A DNA stretch of 63,257 bases, filler included, from an uncultured bacterium (lineage in GTDB: Bacteria > CAYJRR01), in NCBI GenBank assembly GCA_964372275.1. It is 6 parts of 6 records of this genome, joined end to end, with 100 filler letters (N's around TTAATTAATTAA, not from the genome) between each part and the next. Parts side by side here need not be neighbours in the genome. Positions count along the whole stretch, not along the records: positions 1 to 11,068 come from CAYJRR010000145.1; positions 11,169 to 22,154 come from CAYJRR010000146.1; 4 more parts are not named here. One strand, 5' to 3'. The notes beneath the pieces were generated by a model, which was given only the letters and a program-made list of their open reading frames with translations, searched no databases and was not told the DNA's origin. The position numbers and the translations under genes are program-made. How positions within the stretch are numbered: the stretch's first letter is position 1; each line of letters starts with the position of its first letter. This document shows, one piece after another, positions 8,907 through 18,943 of this stretch.

Positions 8907-10334
8907 ATGCGCCAGCGTCCCGCCAGCCGACCGGTCGCCGTCGGGCAGGAGCTCTCGGTCGACGTCGAGTCGCTCGCCGACGGTCCGGACGCGCTCTGCC
9001 GGATCGACAACTACGTCTTGTTCGTCGCCGGGGCGCTGCCCGGCGAGCGCGTGCGGGTGCGCGTTCTCACGGCGGGGAAGAAGTACGGACGCGCCGAGCT
9101 TCTGGCCGTGGAGCGGCCGTCTCCCGACCGCGTCGCGGCGCGGTGCCCGCACTTCGGGGAGTGCGGCGGCTGCCACCTGCAGCACCTCGACTATCGAGAG
9201 CAGCTCCGGGTGAAGGCGGAGCGGTTGGCGAAGACGATCTCCCATCCGCTGCGCGCCGCGCCGCCGCGCCTGCCGGTGCTGGGAATGGCCGCCCCCACCG
9301 ATCCCTGGGGGCAGCGGAACAAGATCGCGCTCCACCTCGCGCGCCGGCGCACCGGCGTCGAGGCGGGACTCTTCAAGCTCCGCAGCCGCGAGATCGAGCC
9401 GATCCGGGAGTGCCAGGTCGCGGACGAGAGGGGCACGCGCCTCGCCTTCGCCGCCGTGGAGGCGATCCGCGCGGCGAAGATCGAGCCGTGGAGTCCGCGC
9501 GACGACGAGGGGGTCCTCCGCTCGGTGGTGGTCCGGACGGCGAACGCCACCGACGACGCCCACGTCACACTCGTCTCCCGGACGCGGACCGTGCCGAACG
9601 CCGACCGGGTGGCGCGGGCGCTGGTCGACGCCGGCGCCACCGGCGTCTCGATCAACCACAACGAGACGCTCGGTCCCGCGCTCCTGGGCCGCGAGACCGA
9701 GACGATCCGGGGGCCCGCACGCATCGCCGAGGAGATCGGCGGGATCCGCTACCTCTCCTCCCCGGGGGCCTTCTTCCAGACCTCCGCCTGGGGGGCGGCC
9801 TACGTCGTCGAAGCGGTGCGGCGATACGTCGACCCGCCGCCGGACGCCACGATCGTCGACCTCTACTCCGGGGGCGGCCTCTTCTCGCTCGCCCTGGCCC
9901 GTGAGGCGAGGGAGGTGATCGGGATCGAGGCCAACCGCCGCGCCGTGGAGGACGCGAGGGCCTCCGCCGAGGCGAACGGGATCGGCAACGCGCGCTTCCT
10001 CGTCGGCCCGGTCGAGAAGCGGGCCGGCGAGCTGGTCGCGCGGCGGCTCCGTCCGTTTGCGGTGATCCTCGATCCACCGAGGGAGGGATGCGATCCGGCC
10101 GCGATCGACGCCGTCGCGCGGCTTTCGCCCCGCCGGGTCGTCTACGTCTCCTGCGAGCCGGCGTCGCTCGGGCGCGACCTCGCCGCCTTCGCCGGGCACG
10201 GATTCGGACTGGTGGAGGTTGAACCGCTCGACATGTTTCCGCAGGCCTTCCACGTCGAGGCGGTGGCGCTCCTCGAGCCGACCACGGGAAGGCGGTGGGG
10301 GCATATCCGAGGAGCGAGACGCGCGGAACGCTAG
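8907..10334 (+). CDS. rlmD: 23S rRNA (uracil-1939-C5)-methyltransferase
   Basis: TRAM domain, CPHFGECGGC Fe-S motif, FFQ, DLYSGGG, LDPPREG, YVSCEP, DMFPQ..HVE. Confidence 0.9.
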   Translation: MRQRPASRPVAVGQELSVDVESLADGPDALCRIDNYVLFVAGALPGERVRVRVLTAGKKYGRAELLAVERPSPDRVAARCPHFGECGGCHLQHLDYREQLRVKAERLAKTISHPLRAAPPRLPVLGMAAPTDPWGQRNKIALHLARRRTGVEAGLFKLRSREIEPIRECQVADERGTRLAFAAVEAIRAAKIEPWSPRDDEGVLRSVVVRTANATDDAHVTLVSRTRTVPNADRVARALVDAGATGVSINHNETLGPALLGRETETIRGPARIAEEIGGIRYLSSPGAFFQTSAWGAAYVVEAVRRYVDPPPDATIVDLYSGGGLFSLALAREAREVIGIEANRRAVEDARASAEANGIGNARFLVGPVEKRAGELVARRLRPFAVILDPPREGCDPAAIDAVARLSPRRVVYVSCEPASLGRDLAAFAGHGFGLVEVEPLDMFPQAFHVEAVALLEPTTGRRWGHIRGARRAER

Positions 10335-11008
10335 TTCGGCGCGGGGGTCGGCGCCGGGCCCGGTGGCGTTTCGACCGGAAGGGGCGGAACTTCGACCGGA
10401 AGGGGCGGCGCTTCGGGGGGCGGGGGCGCCGTCGGCGCGGTGGCGGGCGCGGCCGGTTTCGCCTTCGCGCCGGCGAGCGGCGCCGGGCGCGTCTTGCGCG
10501 GCTGCGGCGATCCGTCGAAGAAGTAGCTCGCGCGCAGACCGATCCACCCCGCGATCCGCAACGATTCGGCCTCCGCGTCCGGCCCGCTCGGATAGTAGTT
10601 GAGCAGCGTCGCGCTCGGCCGGTAGGCAAGCTCGAGGAGCAGGCCGCTCGGCCGGCGGCCCAACGAGGTGGCGAGCCCGCCGGAGAGGGTGAGCGGAAGG
10701 TCGACGCCGTATCCGCCGTGGATCCCGAACGCCAGCGCCGCTTCGATCCCGAGCGTCGCCCGGCAGGAGAGCGACCGACCGACCCGGAAGGTCGGCGCCC
10801 GCGGGAAGTAGCGCGCGCCGAACGGCACCTCGAGGATCATCACCTGCCGCAGGATCTCGATCCCGAGACCGGACGAGTCGAGGCGACGAATCCCAAGCCC
10901 GGCGAGGTATTGGTAGTTCCGCTCCCCCGCCGTCATCAGCCAGAGCCCGTACCCCGCCTGCGATCCGAACGTCTCCTCCCCCGCCGACTGCACGAACGCC
11001 TCCCCCAA
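10331..11008 (-). CDS. Hypothetical protein (beta-strand rich, Pro-rich C-tail), 5' end lost at contig edge
   Basis: The frame continues upstream to the gap except for one TAG at 11012-11014; alternating hydrophobic strands, then a P/A-rich tail. Confidence 0.6.
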   Translation of the reverse strand: MGEAFVQSAGEETFGSQAGYGLWLMTAGERNYQYLAGLGIRRLDSSGLGIEILRQVMILEVPFGARYFPRAPTFRVGRSLSCRATLGIEAALAFGIHGGYGVDLPLTLSGGLATSLGRRPSGLLLELAYRPSATLLNYYPSGPDAEAESLRIAGWIGLRASYFFDGSPQPRKTRPAPLAGAKAKPAAPATAPTAPPPPEAPPLPVEVPPLPVETPPGPAPTPAPN

Positions 11009-11068
11009 CGCCTACCCGTACACCAGCGCGAAGACCGCCCCCGGATCCCGATACCCCACGCCATGCCA

Positions 11069-11168
11069 NNNNNNNNNNNNNNNNNNNNNNNNNNNNNNNN
11101 NNNNNNNNNNNNTTAATTAATTAANNNNNNNNNNNNNNNNNNNNNNNNNNNNNNNNNNNNNNNNNNNN
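11069..11168. other. Artificial contig spacer (N44-TTAATTAATTAA-N44)
   Basis: N run with an all-frame stop linker. Confidence 0.99.
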
Positions 11169-12657
11169 CCTTCGCCCCCTCCGCCATCCCCCTCGCCAGG
11201 TTCCGCAACGCCTCCGCCGCCCCGTCTCGATTCCCCTTCTCCAACGACCTCGCCGCCGCCTGCATCGGCCTCGCCATCCGCTGCCCCGGCGTCCCCTCCC
11301 CTTGCTTCGCCCCCGCCTCCCCCGCCCTCTTCAGCGTCTCCGTCAGCTTCCGCTCCGCTTCTGCCCCCGTTTCCTCTCCCTCTCCCTTTCCCTCTCCCTG
11401 TCCCAACGCTCCCTGCTCCACCCTCTCCGCCAGTGCCTCCAACTCCCTCGCCGTGCCTGCCAACGATCCGCGATCGATCGCCTCCCCCGCCTGCCGGGTA
11501 TCGGCGTTCTCGCGAAGCTCCTTTGCCATCTGGTGGACCGGATCGGCCTCTCGCGCCGCCTGCATCGCCCCCGCCAGGTCGGCCCGCTCGAGATGCTCCG
11601 CGGCCGCCTTGCGGTCCCCCTTCCGGAGCGCCTGCGCCGCTTCGCGCAGCGCGCGCGCCGTCTCGAGATCGCCCCCCTCCTCCAGCGACGCCGCCAGCTC
11701 GTCGAGCTCGTCGGCCAGCGACGCCGTCTCGCGGCGCTCGAACGCCCCCTCGTCGAGGCGCTGGGCCAACTCCGCCTGCTCGCGGCGGATCGCCTCGGCC
11801 TCCCCCGCGGACAACGCCCTCCCCAGCTCCGCGGCACCGCCCTGCTTCTCCATCTCGGACGCGGCACGGCTCAATCGCCGTCCCGCCTCGTCGCGCGCAA
11901 GGAGCGCGCGCTCCTTCGCCAACTGCTTGTCGATCTCCGCCAGCTCGCGCATCGCCTGGCGCTTCGTGACCCGTCCGTCCTTCATCCGCTCCGCGAGCCT
12001 CTTCATCCGTTCCGCCGGCGCCTCCGCCTTCGGCGCCGACGGAGCGCCGCCGGGGGTCGCCGTCGGCGAGGCCTCCGCCAGCGCCGCCGCCTCCTTCTCC
12101 AGCGCCTTCCCGGCGTCGCGCACCGCGACCTCGTCGGCCGCGGCACGGGCGACGAACGGCGGGATCCAGGTCGGCACGACGAGCGCCAGAATCGACGGAA
12201 GCAGCCCCAGTACCACGGCGGCCGCCATCCCCTTCGGGCGCCGGAGCGGCACCGCGGAGACCGCGTCGACCCGGCCGGCGGCCTCGACGGCGGCCGCGAC
12301 CGCCCGCGCCTCGACCTCGTCCCGCGCTCCGCGTGCGGCGATTTCACGACCGGCGGTGATCCGCTCCGAGAGTCCGAACCGCAGGTCGAGGATCTCCGCC
12401 GCCTCCTCGGGACCCACCGGGCGACTCCAGGAAAGGGCGAACGCCGCCGCGAATCCTGCGAGCGGAAGGATCGCCGCGATCCCGGCGAGCCACGCCGGAG
12501 CGAGCGAGCTTTTCACCAGTGCCAGAATCGCGATCGCGAACGCCCCGGCGAGGATCGCGCCGCCCGCCGACGCCAGGAGCCCGCGTCGAAGGCGCACCCG
12601 GCCGGCGACGCGAGCGAGCGTCCGTTGCAGCACGTCGGCGGGGGCGTCGGCCGGCAC
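11169..12657 (-). CDS. Membrane-anchored coiled-coil protein (DUF4175-like), 3' truncated
   Basis: Three N-terminal TM segments with 'LDLRFGLSERITA', then long E/A/K/R-rich helices; runs into the gap. Confidence 0.7.
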
Positions 12658-12740
12658 GGGAAGCGTCCGACCCGGATCTTATCGTTCCGGGCGCGCGATC
12701 CCGCCAATCCGGTCTTTGTTCCCCGAAAAAATCGGGATGG

Positions 12741-13133
12741 TCAGCCGCCGCCGCCGGTGGCCAGGAAGGCCACCAGGGCCACGATCCCGAACAGGGCCAC
12801 GACCATCAGCGGCCAGGAGACGCGCGCCCCCGACGCCTCGTCCACGCGGGTCGAACGCTCGGGCGATTCGTGACCGTCGAGCACCCGGATCGCGCGCATC
12901 GCGATCCCCTGCCCGTCACCGCCCAGGTAGTCGCCGTAGGATCGCAGGAATCCGCGCGCGAAGACCCGTCCCGGCAGCTCCTCGTAGCGATCGTCTTCGA
13001 TCGCGATCAGGAACTCCTTCCGGATCTTCGTGGCGCGCGAGACCTCGTCGAGCGAGAGGTTCCTCTCCTCCCGCATCCGCTTCAGCGCCTTCCCGACACT
13101 TTCGCTCATGGGCGCGGAGTCGGAGGTAGACAT
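12741..13133 (-). CDS. RodZ-like HTH_25 membrane protein (short form)
   Basis: VGKALKRMREERNLSLDEVSRATKIR..LIAIEDD..LPG..FARGFLRSY plus a C-terminal TM helix. Confidence 0.85.
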   Translation of the reverse strand: MSTSDSAPMSESVGKALKRMREERNLSLDEVSRATKIRKEFLIAIEDDRYEELPGRVFARGFLRSYGDYLGGDGQGIAMRAIRVLDGHESPERSTRVDEASGARVSWPLMVVALFGIVALVAFLATGGGG

Positions 13134-13175
13134 TCCTCCGGGACCTTCAACCCCTGATTATGCCGCTTCCCAGGC

Positions 13176-13955
13176 CTATCTGCCGAGTGATCTCAGGTAC
13201 CGGTCGGCATCCTTTCCGATCGGACCGTCGGGATCGCGGGCCTTGGCCTTGAGCCAGAAGTCCCTCGCATCGCTCGGCTTCTTCGTCTCCCAGTAGACCA
13301 GCCCCGCCACCAGATAGGGCTCCGGCCACTCCGGGCACTCCCGTATCGCCCGGAGCATGCTTTGCAGGGCGTCTTCGTAGCGCTTGACCTCCCGCTCGGC
13401 CGTTCCCTTGTTGACAAGCGCCATGCAGAAGCGCGGCTGCACCCGCAGCGCCCGCTCCGCGTAGGCGATCGCCTCGGTGAACTTCCGCTGTTCGAGCGCG
13501 GATTTGGAAAGGTTGTTGAGCGGCCGTTCGGGGGTCCGGTAGCCGGGATCGTGAAGCGCCTTCTCCAGCTCGACGACGGCCTCGGGAAATCGCTTCAGCT
13601 CGACGTAGAGCGCCCCCAGGTTGTTGTGCCAATCGCCGGGGACGTCGTCCCCTTTGAGCCTGAACGAATCGAGGATCCATCTCTCCGCCTGGAGCTTCAA
13701 ACCCTCGTCCTTGAGAAGTCTTCCCTTGGCCCAATAGGCCATTCCGAGGAGGTGGGTGATCTCCGGATCGTCCGGACGGTTCCGGCGCGCGATCGTCAAG
13801 TCGGCGACCGCCCCTTCGGCATCCCCCTCCTGCAGCTTCGCGCTTCCGAGCTGGGTGTGCTGTTGGGACGCGATCTGCCGCTTCTGCCCCCCGCAGCCGG
13901 CAACCAGGAGCATCGCCCCTCCGAACACGATCGCCGCACGCATCCTTCGTTCCAT
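13176..13955 (-). CDS. tgl: Type IV pilus secretin-assembly TPR lipoprotein (Tgl/PilF/PilW family)
   Basis: Lipobox VAGC, TPR repeats, HNNLGALY, 'ALHDPGYRTPE..NNL', 'PRFC' and 'ECP' cysteines; lies between rlmN and rodZ. Confidence 0.8.
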   Translation of the reverse strand: MERRMRAAIVFGGAMLLVAGCGGQKRQIASQQHTQLGSAKLQEGDAEGAVADLTIARRNRPDDPEITHLLGMAYWAKGRLLKDEGLKLQAERWILDSFRLKGDDVPGDWHNNLGALYVELKRFPEAVVELEKALHDPGYRTPERPLNNLSKSALEQRKFTEAIAYAERALRVQPRFCMALVNKGTAEREVKRYEDALQSMLRAIRECPEWPEPYLVAGLVYWETKKPSDARDFWLKAKARDPDGPIGKDADRYLRSLGR

Positions 13956-13978
13956 CGCCGTCCCCCTACTCGCCTACC

Positions 13979-15247
13979 CTAGAGCATCGACAGCAGTCTC
14001 AACAGCGTTTCGGTCGACTCGTCGACCGGGCTCCGCCCCGGCGCGGTTCGCGGCCGGACGAGTCCGACCGCCTCGGCCGCGCCGCGGGTGCCGGCGCGCG
14101 GCGGGCGAACCGCTTCGCGTGCGGGAGGCGCATCGAGCGCCACCGAGCGCGATTCGTCGGTGTTGTCGTCGAGGAACTGCGAAACCTCCTCGGTCAGCGC
14201 TCCGGTGCTGGACGGCGAAGGCGCGAAGTCGAGATCGGCCAAGACCGCGTCGACCGAAAGTTCGTCCGCCGAGCTCGCGCGGGCCGCGGAGCGATCCTCG
14301 CCGTCGTCGGACAGCACCTCGCGCAACGCGTCGGTCGGCTCGAGATCGTCGCCCTCGGAGCCCGGCGGATCGCGCAGGACCTCGTCGATCGTCCGTTCGG
14401 CGGTCGGGGAGGCGGGAACGGAGGAGGCGGCGCTCGTCGGGACGGCCCCGACCGGCGCCATCCGCGCACCGGCCGTGAAGATCCCCTGGTCGTACACCTC
14501 CATCGTCGGCTCGACGGGGGTCAGCTCGGCCTCGCCGACCGATTCGATCTCGGTCAGCGCGTCGTCGAACGCCAGCGGCGTCTCCTCTCCGCGCTTCGCC
14601 CCTTCGTCCGCCGCGGGCCCGTCGAACGAGAGCGCCTCGAGCGCCTCGATCTGCGAGACCTCGAACTCCGGTCCCTCGTCCGGCGAAACGACTGGACCCT
14701 CGTCGGAGAGGGACGGGAGGTCGTCCTCCAGGAAGTCGGCGGTGGTCGCCTGCCCCGCCTCGGCGCGCGCCGCCTTGGCGCGCTGGAACTCCTCCAAGGG
14801 ATCGAGGGGCGCGGCGGGAACGCCCGTTCCCGAGCCTTCGACCGCCGCCTCCTCGAGTCCGCTGACGTCGGCGAGGAATGGCGGCAGCGTCCCCACCAAC
14901 GTCGCCCGCCGGCCCGGATCGAGCCCTTCCAACTCCAGGTCGGCGAGCAGGAAGCCCATCGACTCGCAGAAGGCGGACGCGTCCCCCCACGCCTCGTCGA
15001 TCGCGTCGATCGCGACCGGCCCTTCGGCCCGGGCGTAGAGGAGCGAGCGTTTCGAATCGAGGAGGTGGAAATGGACCAGCACCTCCCCCTCGCCGGTCGA
15101 CAGGCGCCTCGCGACGACGTAGGCCTGCACCCGTTCCGCCGGCTTGTCGTCGGCGGCGACCAACGGCGTGTTGAGTGACCGGGCGAGGGAGATCGGCTCG
15201 CCGCCGGCCGGATCGACCCACGTTCGCTCGGCGTCGAGGAGGAACAT
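13979..15247 (-). CDS. Myxobacterial tgl-associated protein with acidic disordered C-terminus
   Basis: ATG 15247; 'SLNTP.VA...QAYVV...AFCESMGF' resembles the protein encoded upstream of tgl in myxobacteria (recalled, not searched). Confidence 0.7.
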   Translation of the reverse strand: MFLLDAERTWVDPAGGEPISLARSLNTPLVAADDKPAERVQAYVVARRLSTGEGEVLVHFHLLDSKRSLLYARAEGPVAIDAIDEAWGDASAFCESMGFLLADLELEGLDPGRRATLVGTLPPFLADVSGLEEAAVEGSGTGVPAAPLDPLEEFQRAKAARAEAGQATTADFLEDDLPSLSDEGPVVSPDEGPEFEVSQIEALEALSFDGPAADEGAKRGEETPLAFDDALTEIESVGEAELTPVEPTMEVYDQGIFTAGARMAPVGAVPTSAASSVPASPTAERTIDEVLRDPPGSEGDDLEPTDALREVLSDDGEDRSAARASSADELSVDAVLADLDFAPSPSSTGALTEEVSQFLDDNTDESRSVALDAPPAREAVRPPRAGTRGAAEAVGLVRPRTAPGRSPVDESTETLLRLLSML

Positions 15248-15273
15248 CGGGGCTCCAGGCGAGTGTACCTTGG

Positions 15274-16140
15274 CTACAGGTACTTGCCCACCAGGAGCTC
15301 GAGCCGTTCGCGCGTCTTCGGCGGGATCGACTTGGGATCGGTCATCACCGCGAACTTCATCGCGGATCCACATCCGCATCGCGGCGCCGCGCCCTGCCGG
15401 TCGGCGCGCGGACCGGCCAGCGCCACCGTCTTCCGTGCGCTTTCGATGTTCTTGGCCATGACGGCCATCACCGCCTCCACCGTGACCGGCGCCTCCCCTT
15501 CGTGCCAGCAGTCGTAGTCGGTGGACAGGGCCAGGGTCGCGTAGCAGAGCTCCGCCTCCCGCGCGAGCTTGGCCTCGGGGAGGTTGGTCATGCCGATCAC
15601 CGCGACCCCCGACGCGCGATAGGAGTGGCTCTCGGCGCGGGTGGAGAACTGCGGGCCGTTGATGCAGACGTAGGTGCCGCCGCGGTGCACGGTCGCCCCC
15701 GCGTCGCGCGCCGCGGCATGGAGCGTCGCCGCGAGATCGGGACAGACCGGATCGCCGAACGAGACGTGACCGACGATTCCATCGCCGAAGAAGGTCGAGA
15801 TCCGTCCGTGGGTCCGGTCGAGGAACTGGTCCGGGACGACGAGGTGTCCGGGGTGGATCTCCTCCTTCATCGATCCGACCGCCGAGACGCTGATCACGCG
15901 CGTGACCCCCAGCTTCTTGAGGGCCCACACGTTCGCGCGGAAGTTGATCTCGTGCGGCAGGACGCGGTGCCCGCGGCCGTGCCGCGGCAGGAAGACCAGC
16001 TCCGTGCCGTCGAGGCGCCCGGTGAGGAGCTGGTCCGACGGCGATCCGAACGGCGTCGCCACCTCGATCCACTGCGCGCCGGTGAACCCTTTTAGCTCGT
16101 ACAGCCCGCTTCCGCCGATGATCCCGATCTTCTCCGCCAT
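15274..16140 (-). CDS. mtnP: S-methyl-5'-thioadenosine phosphorylase
   Basis: IGIIGGSGLY, TPFGSPSD, PRHGRGH, GPQFSTRAES, GMTNLPEAKLAREAE, TDYDCW. Confidence 0.95.
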   Translation of the reverse strand: MAEKIGIIGGSGLYELKGFTGAQWIEVATPFGSPSDQLLTGRLDGTELVFLPRHGRGHRVLPHEINFRANVWALKKLGVTRVISVSAVGSMKEEIHPGHLVVPDQFLDRTHGRISTFFGDGIVGHVSFGDPVCPDLAATLHAAARDAGATVHRGGTYVCINGPQFSTRAESHSYRASGVAVIGMTNLPEAKLAREAELCYATLALSTDYDCWHEGEAPVTVEAVMAVMAKNIESARKTVALAGPRADRQGAAPRCGCGSAMKFAVMTDPKSIPPKTRERLELLVGKYL

Positions 16141-16577
16141 CAAGCCTCCGACCGTGCGCGACGCGCCACCGACGCCGCCCACGCGGCGGCGACGCCCCCG
16201 AGGAGTAGCCCGGTGGCGACGCGCAGTGTATTCGTGCTCTCGCGGAATCCGAAGAGCTGGGTGAGCCCGTCGGCCGCCATCGGAGCGGTGGCGGGGAGGA
16301 GCATCCACAGACGGGGTCGAAGCGGGGCGAACGCCCCGAGGACGAGCCCCGCCGCGATCCCGGCGCAACGGGCGCAGACCGCCATCGGTTCGCCGGCGAG
16401 GTGGAGCGTGCGCTCGGGAAGCTGATGGCAGAACAGGCGGAACGCCGCTTCCAGCAGGCCGGCGAGCCCTGGCTGATCGCGAGCCGCGAGGAGCGGCGAG
16501 GCGACGGCGAGCGCGAGGTAGACCGCGGGCGGGACGGCGATCAGGACGTCCGGCGCCCGGGCGAGCGCCATCGCCAT
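16140..16577 (-). CDS. DUF2085 membrane protein
   Basis: CHQLPERT, MAVCARCAGI, DGLTQLFG.RESTNTLR.ATG; start could be GTG 16655. Confidence 0.85.
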   Translation of the reverse strand: MAMALARAPDVLIAVPPAVYLALAVASPLLAARDQPGLAGLLEAAFRLFCHQLPERTLHLAGEPMAVCARCAGIAAGLVLGAFAPLRPRLWMLLPATAPMAADGLTQLFGFRESTNTLRVATGLLLGGVAAAWAASVARRARSEA

Positions 16578-16660
16578 CCGACCCGCCGCCGAGGAGAGCC
16601 GGTCTGCGGCGGACCGGAGAGCGGCGTCGCGGACCGGGGACCGGTCGTCGTGCACCCGCG

Positions 16661-17350
16661 TCAGGCCACGTTCGGTGCGAGGGACCCGCCCTTCGCCCGG
16701 GCCAACCGCAGCACCTGCCCGTACGCGTGCCCCTGGATCATCATCGCCCACGCCGCCGTGAACAGCGCGCCGATGCAGAAGAGGACGATGCCGAACTGCG
16801 CGATGAACTGGCCGACCACCCCGACCAGGATCGACAGCACGACGTTCATGCCGTTCTCCTTGACGAAGTTGAAGACCTCCATCGGACGGAACGCCGCCGC
16901 CATCTCGCCGGTGTCGATCATGCGGAGGATCCCGATCGGCGCCAGCAGCCCGCCGAGCACCATCAGCGGCATCCCGAGACAGTAGGCCGCCAGCATGAAG
17001 GGCACCCCGGCCGCTTCGGCCCCGCCGGTTCCGCTGGAGCGCGCGATCTCCTGCGTGATCCCCATCATCAGACCGCCGCCGAAGAAGAAGATCAGTCCGG
17101 GCAGCGTGTAGCAGAGGGAGACCACGAACATCTTGAAGCCGTAGGCCAGGTCGTCGCCGAACTGGTCGAGCTCGGGGCAAGGGGTGTCGTTCCCCTCCGC
17201 GACCTGGAGGATGATCCGGCGCTGGTAGCCCATCAGCACCATGACCCCGAGGATCGGCAGCAACATGTAGACGCCGGCGAGCAACACCTTCTTGAGCCAG
17301 TCCCTGTCTTCGAACACGAACTGGAACGGCCGCGCGAAATCGAAGTTCAT
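16661..17350 (-). CDS. DUF4013 membrane protein
   Basis: F.FVFEDRDWLKKVLL..LLPILG...GY, several TM helices, HAYGQ. Confidence 0.82.
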   Translation of the reverse strand: MNFDFARPFQFVFEDRDWLKKVLLAGVYMLLPILGVMVLMGYQRRIILQVAEGNDTPCPELDQFGDDLAYGFKMFVVSLCYTLPGLIFFFGGGLMMGITQEIARSSGTGGAEAAGVPFMLAAYCLGMPLMVLGGLLAPIGILRMIDTGEMAAAFRPMEVFNFVKENGMNVVLSILVGVVGQFIAQFGIVLFCIGALFTAAWAMMIQGHAYGQVLRLARAKGGSLAPNVA

Positions 17351-17429
17351 CGAGTGCCCTCCGGCCGGATCGTGTCCGATCGGCGCGGCGGAAGTAAAGC
17401 GCCGTCGGTCGGCCCTCCCGGTTGCCGCG

Positions 17430-18584
17430 TCAAGTCGCCGGCAACGTCGGAAGGCGGCGGCGGGCCTTGCCGCCGGTGTCGGTCGCGAGTTGACCGCAGG
17501 CGGCGAGGATCCGGCGTCCGCGGGTCTGGCGCACGAAGGCGAAGAACCCCTTGGCGATAAGGGCATCGCGGAAGCGCGTGAGCTCCGCCGGCTCGGGACG
17601 GCGGAACTCCGAACCGGGCCACTCGTTGAACGGGATGAGGTTGATCTTGCAGGGAAGACCCTTCAGGAGCGTCGCCAGGCTGTCGACGTCCTGGGGTCGG
17701 TCGTTCACGCCGCCGAGGACGACGTATTCGAACATCACCACCTTCTTCCGCGGCATCGGATATCGCCGGACCGCGTCGACGAGGGCCTCGACCGGGTACT
17801 TGCGGTTGATGGGGACGATCCGATCGCGAAGCTCGTCGGTCGCCGCGTGCAGCGAGACGGCGAGGTTCACCGGCAGCTCCTTCGACAGCCGCTCCATCTC
17901 CGGCAGCAGCCCCACCGTGGAGACCGTCACCCGACGGTGGGAGAAGTTCATCCCCCGGTCGTCGAGGAGGATCTTGAGCGACCGGACGACGTTGTCGACG
18001 TTGTGCAGCGGCTCCCCCATCCCCATGTAGACGAGGTTGGTGATGCGCCGCTCCGGGTGGAGCCGCTGCACGGCGAGCACCTGCTCCACGATCTCCCCGG
18101 CGCGCAGGTTGCGGGCGAGCTTCATCGTCCCGGTGTGGCAGAAGGCGCACGCCATCGCGCACCCCGCCTGGGTCGAGACGCACAAGGTGACCCGATAGCC
18201 GTCCGCCGCGCCGTCCGGTTCGAGCTCCCCTTCGTCGATCCCGGGGATCCAGACCGCCTCGACCTTGGCGCCATCCTCGAGCGAGAAGAGATACTTGGTG
18301 GTTCCGTCGTCCGCACGCTCGGTCCGCACCGGCTCGAGGCGACTGACGTAGGCGGTGCCTTTCAGCTCCTCGCGGGTCGCCTTCGCCAGGTTGGTCATGG
18401 CGTCGAAGTCGGTGACGTCCCGTTGATGGATCCAGCGGAAGATCTGCTCCGCGCGGTAGCCGGCCTTGCCCTGGTCGACGAGCCGGAGCGTCAGCTCGTC
18501 TCTGGGGAGGTCCTTCAGGTCGACCTTTTCGGCGCCACGCCGGGGTCCGGACGATTCCCCGGTGGAGCGCGCATGCGCGGACAT
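17430..18584 (-). CDS. rlmN: 23S rRNA (adenine-2503-C2)-methyltransferase
   Basis: CVSTQAGCAMACAFC, MGMGEPLHN, SLHA, NLIPFN, AACGQL; start probably ATG 18584. Confidence 0.96.
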   Translation of the reverse strand: MSAHARSTGESSGPRRGAEKVDLKDLPRDELTLRLVDQGKAGYRAEQIFRWIHQRDVTDFDAMTNLAKATREELKGTAYVSRLEPVRTERADDGTTKYLFSLEDGAKVEAVWIPGIDEGELEPDGAADGYRVTLCVSTQAGCAMACAFCHTGTMKLARNLRAGEIVEQVLAVQRLHPERRITNLVYMGMGEPLHNVDNVVRSLKILLDDRGMNFSHRRVTVSTVGLLPEMERLSKELPVNLAVSLHAATDELRDRIVPINRKYPVEALVDAVRRYPMPRKKVVMFEYVVLGGVNDRPQDVDSLATLLKGLPCKINLIPFNEWPGSEFRRPEPAELTRFRDALIAKGFFAFVRQTRGRRILAACGQLATDTGGKARRRLPTLPAT

Positions 18585-18624
18585 TGGAACCGCCGACGCT
18601 AACAACGGAATTCGGACATGGCAA

Positions 18625-18653
18625 TTGGACTCCCCTGTGGCTTCGTGTACGAT
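18625..18653 (+). promoter_or_regulatory. Putative sigma70 promoter of tatA
   Basis: TTGGAC-17 nt-TACGAT with a TG just upstream of the -10; GGAGG RBS before ATG 18677. Confidence 0.35.
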
Positions 18654-18676
18654 GATCGTCAAGGCGGAGGTCGTTC

Positions 18677-18937
18677 ATGCCTCACATCGGCGGCTTCGAA
18701 CTGGTCATCATCTTGCTGGCGGCCGTCGTCTTCTTCGGCGCCGCGAAGATCCCCCAGCTCGGAAACTCCCTCGGCCTCGGGATCAAGAACTTCAAGAAAG
18801 CCTTGAGCGGCGAGGAGATCGACGTCAGCCCCAAGGTGAAGAAGAAGAAGGATTCACCGGCCCTGGAGTCGAAGACCCAGGCCGAGGAAGAGGACGAAGA
18901 AGAGGAGGAGGAGCCGGCGGCGGCACGGAAGCCGTAG
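18677..18937 (+). CDS. tatA: Twin-arginine translocase TatA/E subunit
   Basis: IGGFELVIILLAAVVFFGAAKIPQLGNSLG.GIKNFKK; acidic tail. Confidence 0.92.
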   Translation: MPHIGGFELVIILLAAVVFFGAAKIPQLGNSLGLGIKNFKKALSGEEIDVSPKVKKKKDSPALESKTQAEEEDEEEEEEPAAARKP

Positions 18938-18943
18938 GCTCTT

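Noticed and set aside
11012-11014. In-frame TAG in the gene at the end of contig 1 (pyrrolysine/readthrough or pseudogene)
   Set aside because: It lies 55 nt from a contig end in an assembly whose ends contain adapter and miscalls; no pyl genes are seen.
11169-11500. Strongly pyrimidine-skewed stretch at the start of contig 2
   Set aside because: It is explained by Glu/Gly/Ala-rich coding sequence on the minus strand, possibly with low-quality base calls at the contig end.
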